45,492 bases of DNA from Chthoniobacteraceae bacterium. Lineage in GTDB: Bacteria; Verrucomicrobiota; Verrucomicrobiia; Chthoniobacterales; Chthoniobacteraceae. Shown piece after piece: positions 37,041 through 45,492 of this stretch; the first letter of the stretch is position 1, and the number at the start of each line of letters is the position of its first letter. A model generated the notes under the pieces. The model made no database searches. It saw nothing but the letters and a program-made list of their open reading frames with translations, and had not been told where the DNA came from. The position numbers were made by a program, and so were the translations under genes. The stretch is taken from NCBI GenBank assembly GCA_031409655.1, contig JANNXQ010000053.1:1-45492 (forward strand), read 5' to 3'.

Positions 37041-38153
37041 CTACTTGCTGCTCGCGACGGCGGGCTTTTTCGGCTCGAACTGAGCGGTGAAAGTCCCGTT
37101 CACGGTGCTCTTCTTTTCGTCGGGCGTGGTCAGGACGATGCGTCCCGGGAGGCCGTCCTTCGCGGGGCGGTCAAATTCGAGATTGAGCTGATAGTCGCTC
37201 ATGAAAATCTTCGTCTTCGGCAGATCCTGCCCATTCTCGCGCCAGGCAAGATGGACGTGTGGCTGGCCCATTCCCTTGTTCGCGCCGAACTGCCATTTGC
37301 GTCCCGCAGGACTTTCGCCCTCTTTCAAAAAAAGGAAGATCGAGACCTCGCGATCGGCGAAAAAATCGCCGCCCTGGCGCAGGGTGAGAATGCCATCGCG
37401 GAGGGTCGCTTTTTCGACGGTGAAAGGCAGCCCGGCGATCTGGCCAGCGGCGGGCGTTTTCGCGGGAGCAGCGAGCGCGCCGCTCGTCACGAGACGGTCG
37501 CGCGCCGAGAGCGCGGTCTGGAGTTCGGCATTGTAAGCGACGATCTCCTGCGAAAGCGCGACCGCACCGGCCTGGTCGTTTGGCTTCAGGCGCTTCTTGC
37601 GCGCGAGCAGCAGAGCCTGGCGGTCTTGCAACTCCGAGAGCCGAGCCTCGACGCTCGCGGGGATGGAGCGCGGGACCGGGGCAGGGGACGAGGCGACTTT
37701 TTCGGGCTGCTTGGGCGCGCCCGTCGTCGGCGCTTTCGAAGCCTGCGCAAAGGTGACATTCGCCGAAGGAGTCGTCGATTTTCCGCCTGCCGCCAGCACC
37801 GCCGGGGCGGGCGCGGGGGCAGAATCTTCGTCCGCTTCGTCCACGCTTGGCGCCCCATTTGGCAGTCCTGGCGTCGCGAGCTGCCGGGCGAAATCCACCT
37901 TGTCCCGCATTTCCTGCGGCACGGAAAAATAGGCACCGGCGAGGAAGGGGATCGCCAGGAGTGAAAGGTAGAAAGGCCGCTTTGCCTCTGCCCATTCCCT
38001 GATCATGAAGACGATATTGGCCAGCGGCACGAAAAGCACCGCCAGGCCCCACCAGACGCGTTTGCGAAAAGCGAGGACGAGCAGCCAAATGCCGGCGGCG
38101 AGCGAAACGATGACGGCCAGGCCGAGGAGAGTCAGAGGCAGGATAAAGCTCAC
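37041..38153 (-). CDS. Hypothetical membrane protein
   Basis: GTG at 38153; three N-terminal TM helices, Ala/Pro linker, coiled coil and beta-rich C-terminal domain. Confidence 0.7.
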   Translation of the reverse strand: MSFILPLTLLGLAVIVSLAAGIWLLVLAFRKRVWWGLAVLFVPLANIVFMIREWAEAKRPFYLSLLAIPFLAGAYFSVPQEMRDKVDFARQLATPGLPNGAPSVDEADEDSAPAPAPAVLAAGGKSTTPSANVTFAQASKAPTTGAPKQPEKVASSPAPVPRSIPASVEARLSELQDRQALLLARKKRLKPNDQAGAVALSQEIVAYNAELQTALSARDRLVTSGALAAPAKTPAAGQIAGLPFTVEKATLRDGILTLRQGGDFFADREVSIFLFLKEGESPAGRKWQFGANKGMGQPHVHLAWRENGQDLPKTKIFMSDYQLNLEFDRPAKDGLPGRIVLTTPDEKKSTVNGTFTAQFEPKKPAVASSK

Positions 38154-38184
38154 TTCTGGGACAAAAGCAGGACGCAAGCCGCAC

Positions 38185-38288
38185 GCCGGGGGAGGAAGTT
38201 GAGGGTTGAGAGTGCCGGGCGGAGAGCCCAAACAATCGCCCCGCGCGCGCTCAAAGGCGGCAAGGCAGCGGACTCTCAACTCTCAACC
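38185..38288. repeat. Palindromic element with (GTTGAGA)n arms
   Basis: gttgagggttgagagt ... actctcaactctcaacc; about 60 bp similar to the reverse complement of 5643-5713. Confidence 0.7.
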
Positions 38289-38298
38289 ATCCACCCTC

Positions 38299-39216
38299 TT
38301 GAAACTCCTCCTCATCGACGGCCACTACTACGTTTACCGCTCTTTCTTCGCCATCCGCGACCTGCGCAAGACGGACGGCACGCCGACGAACGCCATCTTC
38401 GGCTTTGTGAAAACCGTCCGCCGGATGATCGCCGATCTGCGCCCCGATCTCGGCGCCGTGGTCTGGGACATGGGCCTGCCGCAGCGCCGCACGGAACTCC
38501 AACCGGAGTACAAACAGCAGCGCGCCGAGATGCCCGACGAGATGCGCCCCCAACTCGACTTCATCCAGAAGCTCGTCCCCGCGCTCGGCTTCGCCAGCCT
38601 CGGCCTGCCCGACACCGAAGCCGATGACCTCATGGCTTCCTACGCCATCGCCGCCCGCGCGCGCGGCGACAGCGTCGTCCTCGCCACGAATGACAAGGAT
38701 CTCTTCCAACTCGTGAACGAACACGTCCGCGTCTATTCTACGAACAAGACCGACCTCGCCGCGCCCAGCGACAGTTTCGCCCTGCTCGGCGCGGAGGCCG
38801 TGCGGAAAAAGTGGAACATCGAGCCCGCGCAGATCGGCGAGATGCTCGCGCTCGTCGGCGACAGTGCGGATAACATCCCCGGCGTCGCCGGCGTCGGCCC
38901 AAAGACCGCCGCCACCCTGCTCAACGAGCATCGCAGTCTCGACGCGCTCCTCGCCGATCTCAGCGCGGTGAAAAACGAAAAGCTCCGCGCCAAGCTCGAC
39001 GCCGCGCGCGCTCAGATCGCGGCGAATCGCGAGATGGTCCGCCTCGATCTCGACCTTCCTCTGCCCGCCCCGCTCGACACCCTCCGCATCGCCCCGCGCT
39101 ACCCCGAACTCATCGCCGCGCTGGAGTCCTGCGAATTCAAATCCCTGACCGTCGAGGTGCGTGCCGAGGCTGGTGCTGCGAGTCCGCCAGTGCGCGCGCA
39201 GGGCGAGCTATTCTAG
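38299..39216 (+). CDS. Stand-alone 5'-3' exonuclease / flap endonuclease (Pol I N-terminal homolog)
   Basis: TTG start; LLLIDG, PTNAIFGF, PEYK, EADD, DKD and H3TH GDSADNIPGVAGVGPKTA. No polymerase domain. Confidence 0.92.
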   Translation: MKLLLIDGHYYVYRSFFAIRDLRKTDGTPTNAIFGFVKTVRRMIADLRPDLGAVVWDMGLPQRRTELQPEYKQQRAEMPDEMRPQLDFIQKLVPALGFASLGLPDTEADDLMASYAIAARARGDSVVLATNDKDLFQLVNEHVRVYSTNKTDLAAPSDSFALLGAEAVRKKWNIEPAQIGEMLALVGDSADNIPGVAGVGPKTAATLLNEHRSLDALLADLSAVKNEKLRAKLDAARAQIAANREMVRLDLDLPLPAPLDTLRIAPRYPELIAALESCEFKSLTVEVRAEAGAASPPVRAQGELF

Positions 39217-39382
39217 CAGCCTGTGGAAAAACCTCTAGGGCCTCGGTGGATGGCGGCGCTCCGCGCGCCATGATTCGCTTCGCGCGCAGCGCCACTTTGA
39301 AAGATGGGCCTGCGGCCAGAGTTTGGCATGGCGCGCGGAGCGACTCCATCCACCGAGGTTGCGTTTTTCAACAGGCTGCTAG
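39213..39382. mobile_element. 170-bp MITE-like palindromic element
   Basis: Terminal inverted repeats ctagcagcctgt(g/t)gaaaaac with CTAG at both ends, and internal inverted arms of about 32 bp. It overlaps the FEN stop codon. Confidence 0.8.
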
Positions 39383-39401
39383 GTCGCGCCACCGGGGTAC
39401 C

Positions 39402-39421
39402 CATTAAGGAAGCATTAAGTT
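39402..39421 (+). promoter_or_regulatory. Putative OmpR-family box TTAAG-N6-TTAAG
   Basis: ttaag at 39404 and 39415, upstream of the second regulator. Confidence 0.6.
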
Positions 39422-39497
39422 TTTCCGCCGACGGTCGGTCTGTGGTTGGATGAAGCTCCGTGCGGGCGTCGTCCTCCCCCGCGCCAGCCGACCTCCG

Positions 39498-40163
39498 ATG
39501 AAGCTCCTCATTGTCGAAGACTCCGAGCGCCTGCTCCGTTCCCTCGGAGCGGGCTTGCGGAAGATGGGCTATGCCGTCGATCTCGTGGCGGATGGCGCGG
39601 AGGGGCTCGATTACGCGCGGCTCAATGATTACGACGTCATCGTGCTCGATCTGATGCTGCCGACCATGGACGGCCTCACCGTGCTCCAGCGGCTCCGCGC
39701 GCTCGGCCGGCAGACCCACATCCTCATTCTCTCGGCGAAAGATCGCGTCGAAGATCGCGTCCGCGGGCTGCAACTCGGCGCGGACGATTATCTCATCAAA
39801 CCCTTCTCCTTCGACGAACTCTGCGCGCGCATCCAGTCGCTCGCCCGCCGCCGCTACGAGGCGAAGAATCCCGAAATCGCGCTCGGGCCGCTCGTCTTGA
39901 ATTCCGCGGCGCGCACGGTCTCCCGCGGCGGAGCGCCCGTGCCGCTCACCGCCGCCGAGTTCGGCCTGCTCGCCCATCTCGCGCTGAATCGCGGGCGGGT
40001 CCTCTCCAAGGAGCAACTGATCGACGCGCTGCACGACAGCGACTCGTGCCCCGGGCCGAACGTCATCGAAGTGCTCATCTGCACGCTCCGCAAAAAGATC
40101 GATCCCGAGGGGGCGGAGTCCATCGTGCGGACGCGCCGCGGCCTCGGCTACTGCATCGAGTGA
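39498..40163 (+). CDS. OmpR/PhoB family response regulator
   Basis: MKLLIVEDS, LDLMLP, GADDYLIKPF, TRRGLGY. Confidence 0.95.
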   Translation: MKLLIVEDSERLLRSLGAGLRKMGYAVDLVADGAEGLDYARLNDYDVIVLDLMLPTMDGLTVLQRLRALGRQTHILILSAKDRVEDRVRGLQLGADDYLIKPFSFDELCARIQSLARRRYEAKNPEIALGPLVLNSAARTVSRGGAPVPLTAAEFGLLAHLALNRGRVLSKEQLIDALHDSDSCPGPNVIEVLICTLRKKIDPEGAESIVRTRRGLGYCIE

Positions 40164-41632
40164 AGGCCACGTCGCCCATGCGGTCGATCCGGCGCACCCT
40201 GACGATCCAGATCCTCACGGGCACCCTGGTGCTGTTGCTGGCGGCGGGCTCGGTCTTCTTTGCGGTGATCCACCAGCGGCTGGTGCGCGATTTTGATCGG
40301 ATGCTCGACGCCGAGACGGAAGTGCTGATCCGCAATGCGGAACGCAAGGGGCGGACCATCGTCTGGGATCTGCCCGACGCCTACTCGGCCGGTTCGCGGC
40401 AAAACGCGGACCCCGGCTACTGCCAGCTTTTCCTCGAAGACGGGACGGTGGTGGGCCTCTCGCAGACCCTGGGGGCGGATGATCTCCCGCGTTTCGCCGG
40501 ACGGGAAATGACCATCGCAAATGCGCGCCTCCCGAATGGGCGCAACGGCCGCCTCATGCAGAAGGTTTTCGTGCCGGCGTTTGACGACACCGAGACGCAG
40601 ACGGGAGCCGAGGATCCGCATGAGCAGACCTTCACCATCCCCGCCGCCTTCGACCCGGCCAGCGTCCATCTCGTGCTCGTCGTCGCACGCAGTCGCGAAG
40701 GACTCGATGCCCTGATCCGCACGCTCGGCCTCGCTGGCGGTGCGGTCGCAGTGCTGCTCTCATGCGCCCTCGCGTGGCTCGTCCGGGCGGCGGTCGCGCG
40801 AGGCTTGCGACCCATCGCCGAGATGAATGCGCAGATCTCCGCCATCGCGCCGGACGCGCTGGCCACGCGGCTCGCGGTGGCGGCGCCACCGGTCGAGCTG
40901 GCGGGGATCGAGACGACGGTGAACCGGCTCCTCGAACGCCTGGAGCGGGCCTTTGAAAAGGAGCGCCGCTTTTCCAATGACCTCGCCCACGAACTGCGCA
41001 CGCCCGTCGCCGAACTGCGCGCGGCGTGCGAGGTGGCGGAGCGCTGGCCCGACGACGCGGAAAATGTGCGGCAGTTCTTCCAGGACGCGCGCGCTTCCGC
41101 GCTCCAACTCGAGACGCTCGTCGCAACCATGCTCACGCTCAGCCGCTGCGAAGCCGGCCCCGTCCCGCGGCAAACGCAGCGCGTGGACATCCCAGTTTTC
41201 GTCAGCGAGTGCTGGCGGTCCTGCGCGGCCGCGGCGGAGGGGAAGCAGTTGGAGTTTTCCGCCCACATCGCCCCCGGCCTCACCGTCGAATGCGACGTGG
41301 ACAAGCTGCGCATCGTCGTCGGCAACCTCCTCGAAAACGCGGTCGCTCACAGCGTGCCCGGGACGCCGGTGGAGTGTGCCGCGGACCGCACGCTCGCGGG
41401 CACCGAGTTGCGTTTCGTGAACACCGCGCGGGATCTCGAGGTTGCGGACCTGCCCCATCTCTTCGACCGCTTCTGGCGCAAGGATTCCGCGCGCACGGAT
41501 CGCCGTCACCTCGGCCTCGGTCTGCCGATCGCCCGGGAGTTGAGCGTGCTGCTCGGCCTCAACCTGGAGGTCGAACTGAGGGCCGGCCGCGTCTTTGAGG
41601 CCCGGCTCATTTTTCCTCCACGAGTCTCATGA
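40160..41632 (+). CDS. Membrane sensor histidine kinase (CusS/QseC-like architecture)
   Basis: Two TM helices, HAMP, LAHELRTP, NLLENA, FDRFWR, HLGLGL; GTGA overlap with the regulator. Confidence 0.93.
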   Translation: MKATSPMRSIRRTLTIQILTGTLVLLLAAGSVFFAVIHQRLVRDFDRMLDAETEVLIRNAERKGRTIVWDLPDAYSAGSRQNADPGYCQLFLEDGTVVGLSQTLGADDLPRFAGREMTIANARLPNGRNGRLMQKVFVPAFDDTETQTGAEDPHEQTFTIPAAFDPASVHLVLVVARSREGLDALIRTLGLAGGAVAVLLSCALAWLVRAAVARGLRPIAEMNAQISAIAPDALATRLAVAAPPVELAGIETTVNRLLERLERAFEKERRFSNDLAHELRTPVAELRAACEVAERWPDDAENVRQFFQDARASALQLETLVATMLTLSRCEAGPVPRQTQRVDIPVFVSECWRSCAAAAEGKQLEFSAHIAPGLTVECDVDKLRIVVGNLLENAVAHSVPGTPVECAADRTLAGTELRFVNTARDLEVADLPHLFDRFWRKDSARTDRRHLGLGLPIARELSVLLGLNLEVELRAGRVFEARLIFPPRVS

Positions 41633-42315
41633 TCCCGCGTCTCTCTCGTCCCCTGCTGCTCGTCGTCGCGCTTTGCACTACGAGCGCGGGTGAGCCGTAT
41701 CGTCCGCAGATCGACCCCGCGAATTTCACCCATGTCGTGAGCAACCCCTGGTTCCCGCTCGTCCCCGGCAGCACCGCCATCTTCCTCGAAAGAGACCTCC
41801 GCGAGACCCGCGAAAACAGGATCACCGTGACGCGCGAGACGAGGACGGTGATGGGGGTGAAGTGCGTGATCGTGCGCGATATCGTGACGCTTGCTGGGAA
41901 GATCGTCGAGGAGACCACCGATTGGTTTGCGCAGGATCGGCAGGGGGCCGTTTGGTATTTTGGCGAAGCGACGCGCGAGTACAAAGTGGGGGGGCGGGTG
42001 AGCACCCTGGGTTCGTGGGAAGCGGGTGTGAAGGGCGCGCAGCCAGGGATCGTGATGCCGGCGCAGCCGCGCGTGGGCGAGCGTTACCGCCAGGAATATG
42101 CGGCAAATGAAGCCGAGGACATCGGGCAGATCGCGGCGCTGAATGAGACGGCCTCAGTCCCGGCGGGCACCTTCACTGAATGCGTGCGGACGCGGGAGTG
42201 GTCCATGCTGGAATCCGGCACCTCGAAGAAATGGTACGCGCGGGGCATCGGCCTCGTCCGCGCCGAATGCACCGGCGGCGAAGTTTCCGTCCTGCTCTCC
42301 AACACTCGCCAATGA
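41629..42315 (+). CDS. Secreted protein of unknown function (paralog of 43278-44276)
   Basis: Signal peptide; ATGA coupling at both ends; clear similarity to the downstream paralog. Confidence 0.85.
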   Translation: MIPRLSRPLLLVVALCTTSAGEPYRPQIDPANFTHVVSNPWFPLVPGSTAIFLERDLRETRENRITVTRETRTVMGVKCVIVRDIVTLAGKIVEETTDWFAQDRQGAVWYFGEATREYKVGGRVSTLGSWEAGVKGAQPGIVMPAQPRVGERYRQEYAANEAEDIGQIAALNETASVPAGTFTECVRTREWSMLESGTSKKWYARGIGLVRAECTGGEVSVLLSNTRQ

Positions 42316-43118
42316 CGCTGCACCCGCTCCACTTCAGGCACTGGCTGCTCGTGCCGCTCGCCCTGCTCCTCACCGCTCAGCCTGCCTCCGCCAGGATCAC
42401 CCGCACCCGGCCGTCGGCGTCCTCTGCCGTCGATCGTCTGCGCACGCCTTCGATCCTCGATCCGCTCTACTCGCTCGTCGTCGGCAGCGGCGTGGAATAC
42501 GAGGAGACCAGCGAGCAAACGGAGTACGGCTTCCCGATCCTGATCGAGTACAGTTTCACCGAGCGGCTGAAGCTCACCATCGAGCCGGTGTATGCCAGCA
42601 TTCAGGCGAAGACGCCGGACGGTCGCTCCGTGAGCGGCTGGGGTGATCTGGAGACCACGCTCGACTACGAGTTTCTCCGCGAGCGGCGGTACCGTCCGGC
42701 GCTGAGCGTGGCGGGGAAAGTGCGCTGGCCGACGGCCGAGGATCCGGACCTCGGAGAACGCGGCCGCGACTACACGCTGGGCCTCATCGCGAGCAAGGAT
42801 TTCGTCTTTCTCGAAGTCGATGCCAACGTGCTCTACACCTTCCTCGGCGACCGCGAACGGGAGGACCTTATCGAGTTCTCGCTCGCCGCCGCGTGGCATC
42901 TGAATGGCTACGTGGATTTGATCGCCGAAGTGGTCCACGTCATGCGCGCCGGTGGCCGCGGCGCCGCCGTGGATGAAGACCGCGACGAGACCGAAGCGAC
43001 GGTGGGCTTTGCGTGGATCGTCAGCAAATTCCTCAAGCTCGAACAGGGCATCGTCTTCAAGGAACAGGGCGTTTGGGAGGCGGTGTTTGCGTGGGAGTGG
43101 AGTTTTGGTGGGGACTAA
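42312..43118 (+). CDS. Probable outer membrane beta-barrel channel (MetA-pathway/'transporter'-like)
   Basis: Signal peptide, SGWGDLE motif, amphipathic strands, C-terminal AWEWSF. Confidence 0.7.
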   Translation: MTLHPLHFRHWLLVPLALLLTAQPASARITRTRPSASSAVDRLRTPSILDPLYSLVVGSGVEYEETSEQTEYGFPILIEYSFTERLKLTIEPVYASIQAKTPDGRSVSGWGDLETTLDYEFLRERRYRPALSVAGKVRWPTAEDPDLGERGRDYTLGLIASKDFVFLEVDANVLYTFLGDREREDLIEFSLAAAWHLNGYVDLIAEVVHVMRAGGRGAAVDEDRDETEATVGFAWIVSKFLKLEQGIVFKEQGVWEAVFAWEWSFGGD

Positions 43119-43150
43119 AGGCGGAGCGAAGACGGAAGATTTCGGGTGCG

Positions 43151-43170
43151 GGTTAAGTCGGCATTAAGTT
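43151..43170 (+). promoter_or_regulatory. Putative OmpR-family box TTAAG-N6-TTAAG
   Basis: ttaag at 43153 and 43164; shares gcattaagtt with the 39402 site. Confidence 0.6.
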
Positions 43171-43277
43171 CGCCGGCCTTTGCTTGCGGGTGTTCGCCAT
43201 TCGTCATCGCTCCGCGCGTCGTGAAAATCACGGGCGTGGCGGCGTGACCCAAAACCCGGCGGACTAACTCGAAAGCC

Positions 43278-44276
43278 ATGAAAACTAACTCCACGACAGT
43301 AAACTCGATCCCGCATTTTTTCCGAAGGACGTCCCCTTGGAAGGTGGCACCGCTGGCGGCGCTGGTGCTGTTCCTGCCCGTCCTCTCGCCGGCCGCCTCA
43401 CCAGCCCGGTTGCCCGATGCGCGCGTGACCGCTGGCTACGTTTATACTTCTGCCATCTACGAAGCGAAAGCCGACCTCTACCTCTCACTCGCCAACGCCA
43501 GCAACCTGGCCAGTGCCACGGCTCGCGCCGCGGCCCGCAGTCAGGCGAGCGTGGATTACAAAGAGGCCGTGGCGACGGCGAGGGAACAGCTCGTCGCCCG
43601 GCGCGAACTCTCGGTGGAACTCAATGAGAACCGCTACAACCCGGTGGTGGACCCCGCCAACTTCCTCAGTGTCCCGGAAATCATCGCCAGCCCGAATCCC
43701 TTCTTTCCGCTCACGCCTGGCAAGACCCGGCACTACCGCGCGACGACGGACGAAGGCATCGAGACGGTGGATGTGCAGTTCACGCAGCAGACGCGCGTCA
43801 TCCTCGGCGTCACTTGCATCGTGGTGCGCGACATCGTGAAACTCGACGGCCAGGTCGTCGAGGACACGCTGGATTGGTACGCGCAGGATCGCGCGGGTAA
43901 CGTCTGGTACTTCGGGGAGCGGGTCGCGGACTACGATGACGATGGCTTGATCGTGAGCGTCGATGGCTCTTTCGAGGCCGGCCAGGAATCGGCCTTGCCC
44001 GGCATCATCATGCCGGCGCAGCCGACCGTTGGGCGAGCGTTCCGCCAGGAGTTCTTCCTCGCCGATGCGGAGGATGCGGCGCGAGTGAAGTCGCTCACCG
44101 AGTCCGTGACCGTGCCCGCCGGCACTTACACGAACTGCCTCAAGACCGAAGACTTCACGCCGATCGAGCCGGACGGATCCGAGGAAAAGTATTACGCCGC
44201 AGGCATCGGAAACGTGCTCTCGGTGAACGTCGAGTCCGGCAAACGCAGCGAACTGATCAGCATCACGACGCCGTAA
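43278..44276 (+). CDS. Secreted protein of unknown function with extra N-terminal helical region
   Basis: Signal peptide, helical segment, then the same domain as 41629-42315. Confidence 0.85.
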   Translation: MKTNSTTVNSIPHFFRRTSPWKVAPLAALVLFLPVLSPAASPARLPDARVTAGYVYTSAIYEAKADLYLSLANASNLASATARAAARSQASVDYKEAVATAREQLVARRELSVELNENRYNPVVDPANFLSVPEIIASPNPFFPLTPGKTRHYRATTDEGIETVDVQFTQQTRVILGVTCIVVRDIVKLDGQVVEDTLDWYAQDRAGNVWYFGERVADYDDDGLIVSVDGSFEAGQESALPGIIMPAQPTVGRAFRQEFFLADAEDAARVKSLTESVTVPAGTYTNCLKTEDFTPIEPDGSEEKYYAAGIGNVLSVNVESGKRSELISITTP

Positions 44277-44415
44277 GTTTCGATCCGCCACGCTCCGGAG
44301 CCACGGTCGGCGCACCTCGTTTGGTTGGCGGGGTGCGCCGCTTCGTTTTGCCGGGCAGATCGGGCAGGATGGAGATTCCCTTGCCGCACCGGGTCCGCTA
44401 CATCCTGGCTTCCCC

Positions 44416-45492
44416 GTGAAAAAATCTGTCTCCTTCCTCGTTTGGCTCTTCGTCGCGCTCACCGGTGCCATCGCGTACTTCGTCATCGCGACCCAGCGCG
44501 CCGAGCCGCTGAACTCCGCGTACATCCTCACCGCGGCGCTCTGCACTTACGCCATCGGCTATCGCTTCTACTCGAAGTGGATCGCCGCCAAGGTGCTCGC
44601 GCTCGACGATCGCCGCGCGACGCCGTGTGAGATTCACGAGGACGGAAAGGATTTCGTGAAGACGAACAAGTGGATCGTCTTCGGGCATCACTTCGCGGCG
44701 ATTAGCGGGCCGGGGCCGCTCGTCGGGCCGGTGCTCGCGGCGCAGTTCGGCTATCTGCCGGGGACGCTCTGGATCTTGATCGGCGTGGTGCTCGGTGGGG
44801 CGGTGCAGGATTTCATCATCCTCGCGTCGTCGATGCGGCGCGACGGGCGCTCGCTCGGACAGATGGTGAAGGAGGAGCTGAACAACACCGCGGGTTTCAT
44901 CGGCGTGATCGCGATCCTGGCGATCTTGATGATGCTCCTCGCGGTCCTCGCGCTGGTCGTGGTGAAGGCACTCGCGGAATCGCCTTGGGGCGTCTTCACG
45001 GTCGCGGCGACGATTCCGATCGCGATGTTCATGGGCGGGTATCTGCGCTGGATTCGCGTGGGCAAAGTGCTCGAGGTCTCGCTCATCGGCGTGGTGCTGC
45101 TGCTCGGCGCGGTCTGGGGCGGGCAACTCGTGCATGCGAGTCCGCACTGGCATGAGGTCTTCCTTTTGAAAGCGGAGCCGCTCGCGTGGGCGGTGATCAT
45201 CTACGGCTTCCTCGCCAGCGTGCTGCCGGTCTGGCTGCTGCTCGCGCCGCGCGACTACCTCAGCACCTTCATGAAACTCGGGACGATCGGCGCGCTGGCG
45301 ATCGGGACGCTGCTCGTGCTGCCGGTCCTGCACATGCCGGCGCTGAGCACGTTCATCGACGGCTCGGGACCAGTCGTCCCGGGGAAGGTGTTTCCCTTCT
45401 GCTTTATCACCATCGCCTGCGGGGCGATCAGTGGCTTCCATACGCTCATCGCCAGCGGCATCACGCCGAAGATCATCACCCGGGAAAGTCAC
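44416..45492 (+). CDS. cstA: Carbon starvation protein A family transporter (3' end outside window)
   Basis: Absent from the ORF track because there is no stop in the window. GTG at 44416 gives YRFYSKW...DGKDFV..FGHHFAAISGPGPLVGP...LAPRDYLS...IACGAISGFH. Confidence 0.95.
   Translation, partial: MKKSVSFLVWLFVALTGAIAYFVIATQRAEPLNSAYILTAALCTYAIGYRFYSKWIAAKVLALDDRRATPCEIHEDGKDFVKTNKWIVFGHHFAAISGPGPLVGPVLAAQFGYLPGTLWILIGVVLGGAVQDFIILASSMRRDGRSLGQMVKEELNNTAGFIGVIAILAILMMLLAVLALVVVKALAESPWGVFTVAATIPIAMFMGGYLRWIRVGKVLEVSLIGVVLLLGAVWGGQLVHASPHWHEVFLLKAEPLAWAVIIYGFLASVLPVWLLLAPRDYLSTFMKLGTIGALAIGTLLVLPVLHMPALSTFIDGSGPVVPGKVFPFCFITIACGAISGFHTLIASGITPKIITRESH

Noticed and set aside
34725..37964. 1079-aa plus-strand ORF, and other long antisense ORFs (100-1377, 15670-17931, 18608-21421, 23497-25779, 44398-45492)
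   Set aside because: They shadow well-supported genes on the opposite strand, lack recognisable motifs and are expected from high-GC codon bias.
1..45492. tRNA, rRNA, integrase or prophage genes
   Set aside because: None recognised by eye; a covariance-model scan would be needed to exclude small RNAs.

Overview
GC-rich bacterial chromosomal window, probably Verrucomicrobiota (inferred from protein style: Lys-rich sulfatase tails, 'Y-x-V-x-x-S-x-DL-x-x-W' C-terminal domains, very long TolC lipoprotein). Left to right: type I R-M hsdM plus the first codons of hsdS; an isolated nuoD; an FN3-like anchored protein; a clan-A glycoside hydrolase; an L,D-transpeptidase; and about 1.5 kb of decayed DNA (S1/P1 nuclease pseudogene, IS630 remnant, repeats). 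Next is a minus-strand organosulfur cluster (two sulfatases, an LLM monooxygenase resembling sulfoquinovose monooxygenase SmoC, a Gfo/Idh/MocA oxidoreductase, an MFS transporter, an SGNH hydrolase). Then come an EamA transporter, a PAS hybrid kinase, a UPF0126-kbl-putA operon, a TolC/MacA/MacB exporter, and a di-heme protein and beta-barrel downstream of an OmpR-type two-component system. The right end holds priA, a stand-alone flap endonuclease, a second two-component system with two paralogous unknown secreted proteins and a barrel, and a partial cstA. The best leads are a possible variant sulfo-SMO pathway, two small regulons marked by TTAAG-N6-TTAAG boxes, a palindromic repeat inserted in frame in macB, a clamp-binding-like tail on the flap endonuclease, and a related set of REP/MITE palindromes. 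All annotations come from motif reading and recall; no searches were run.
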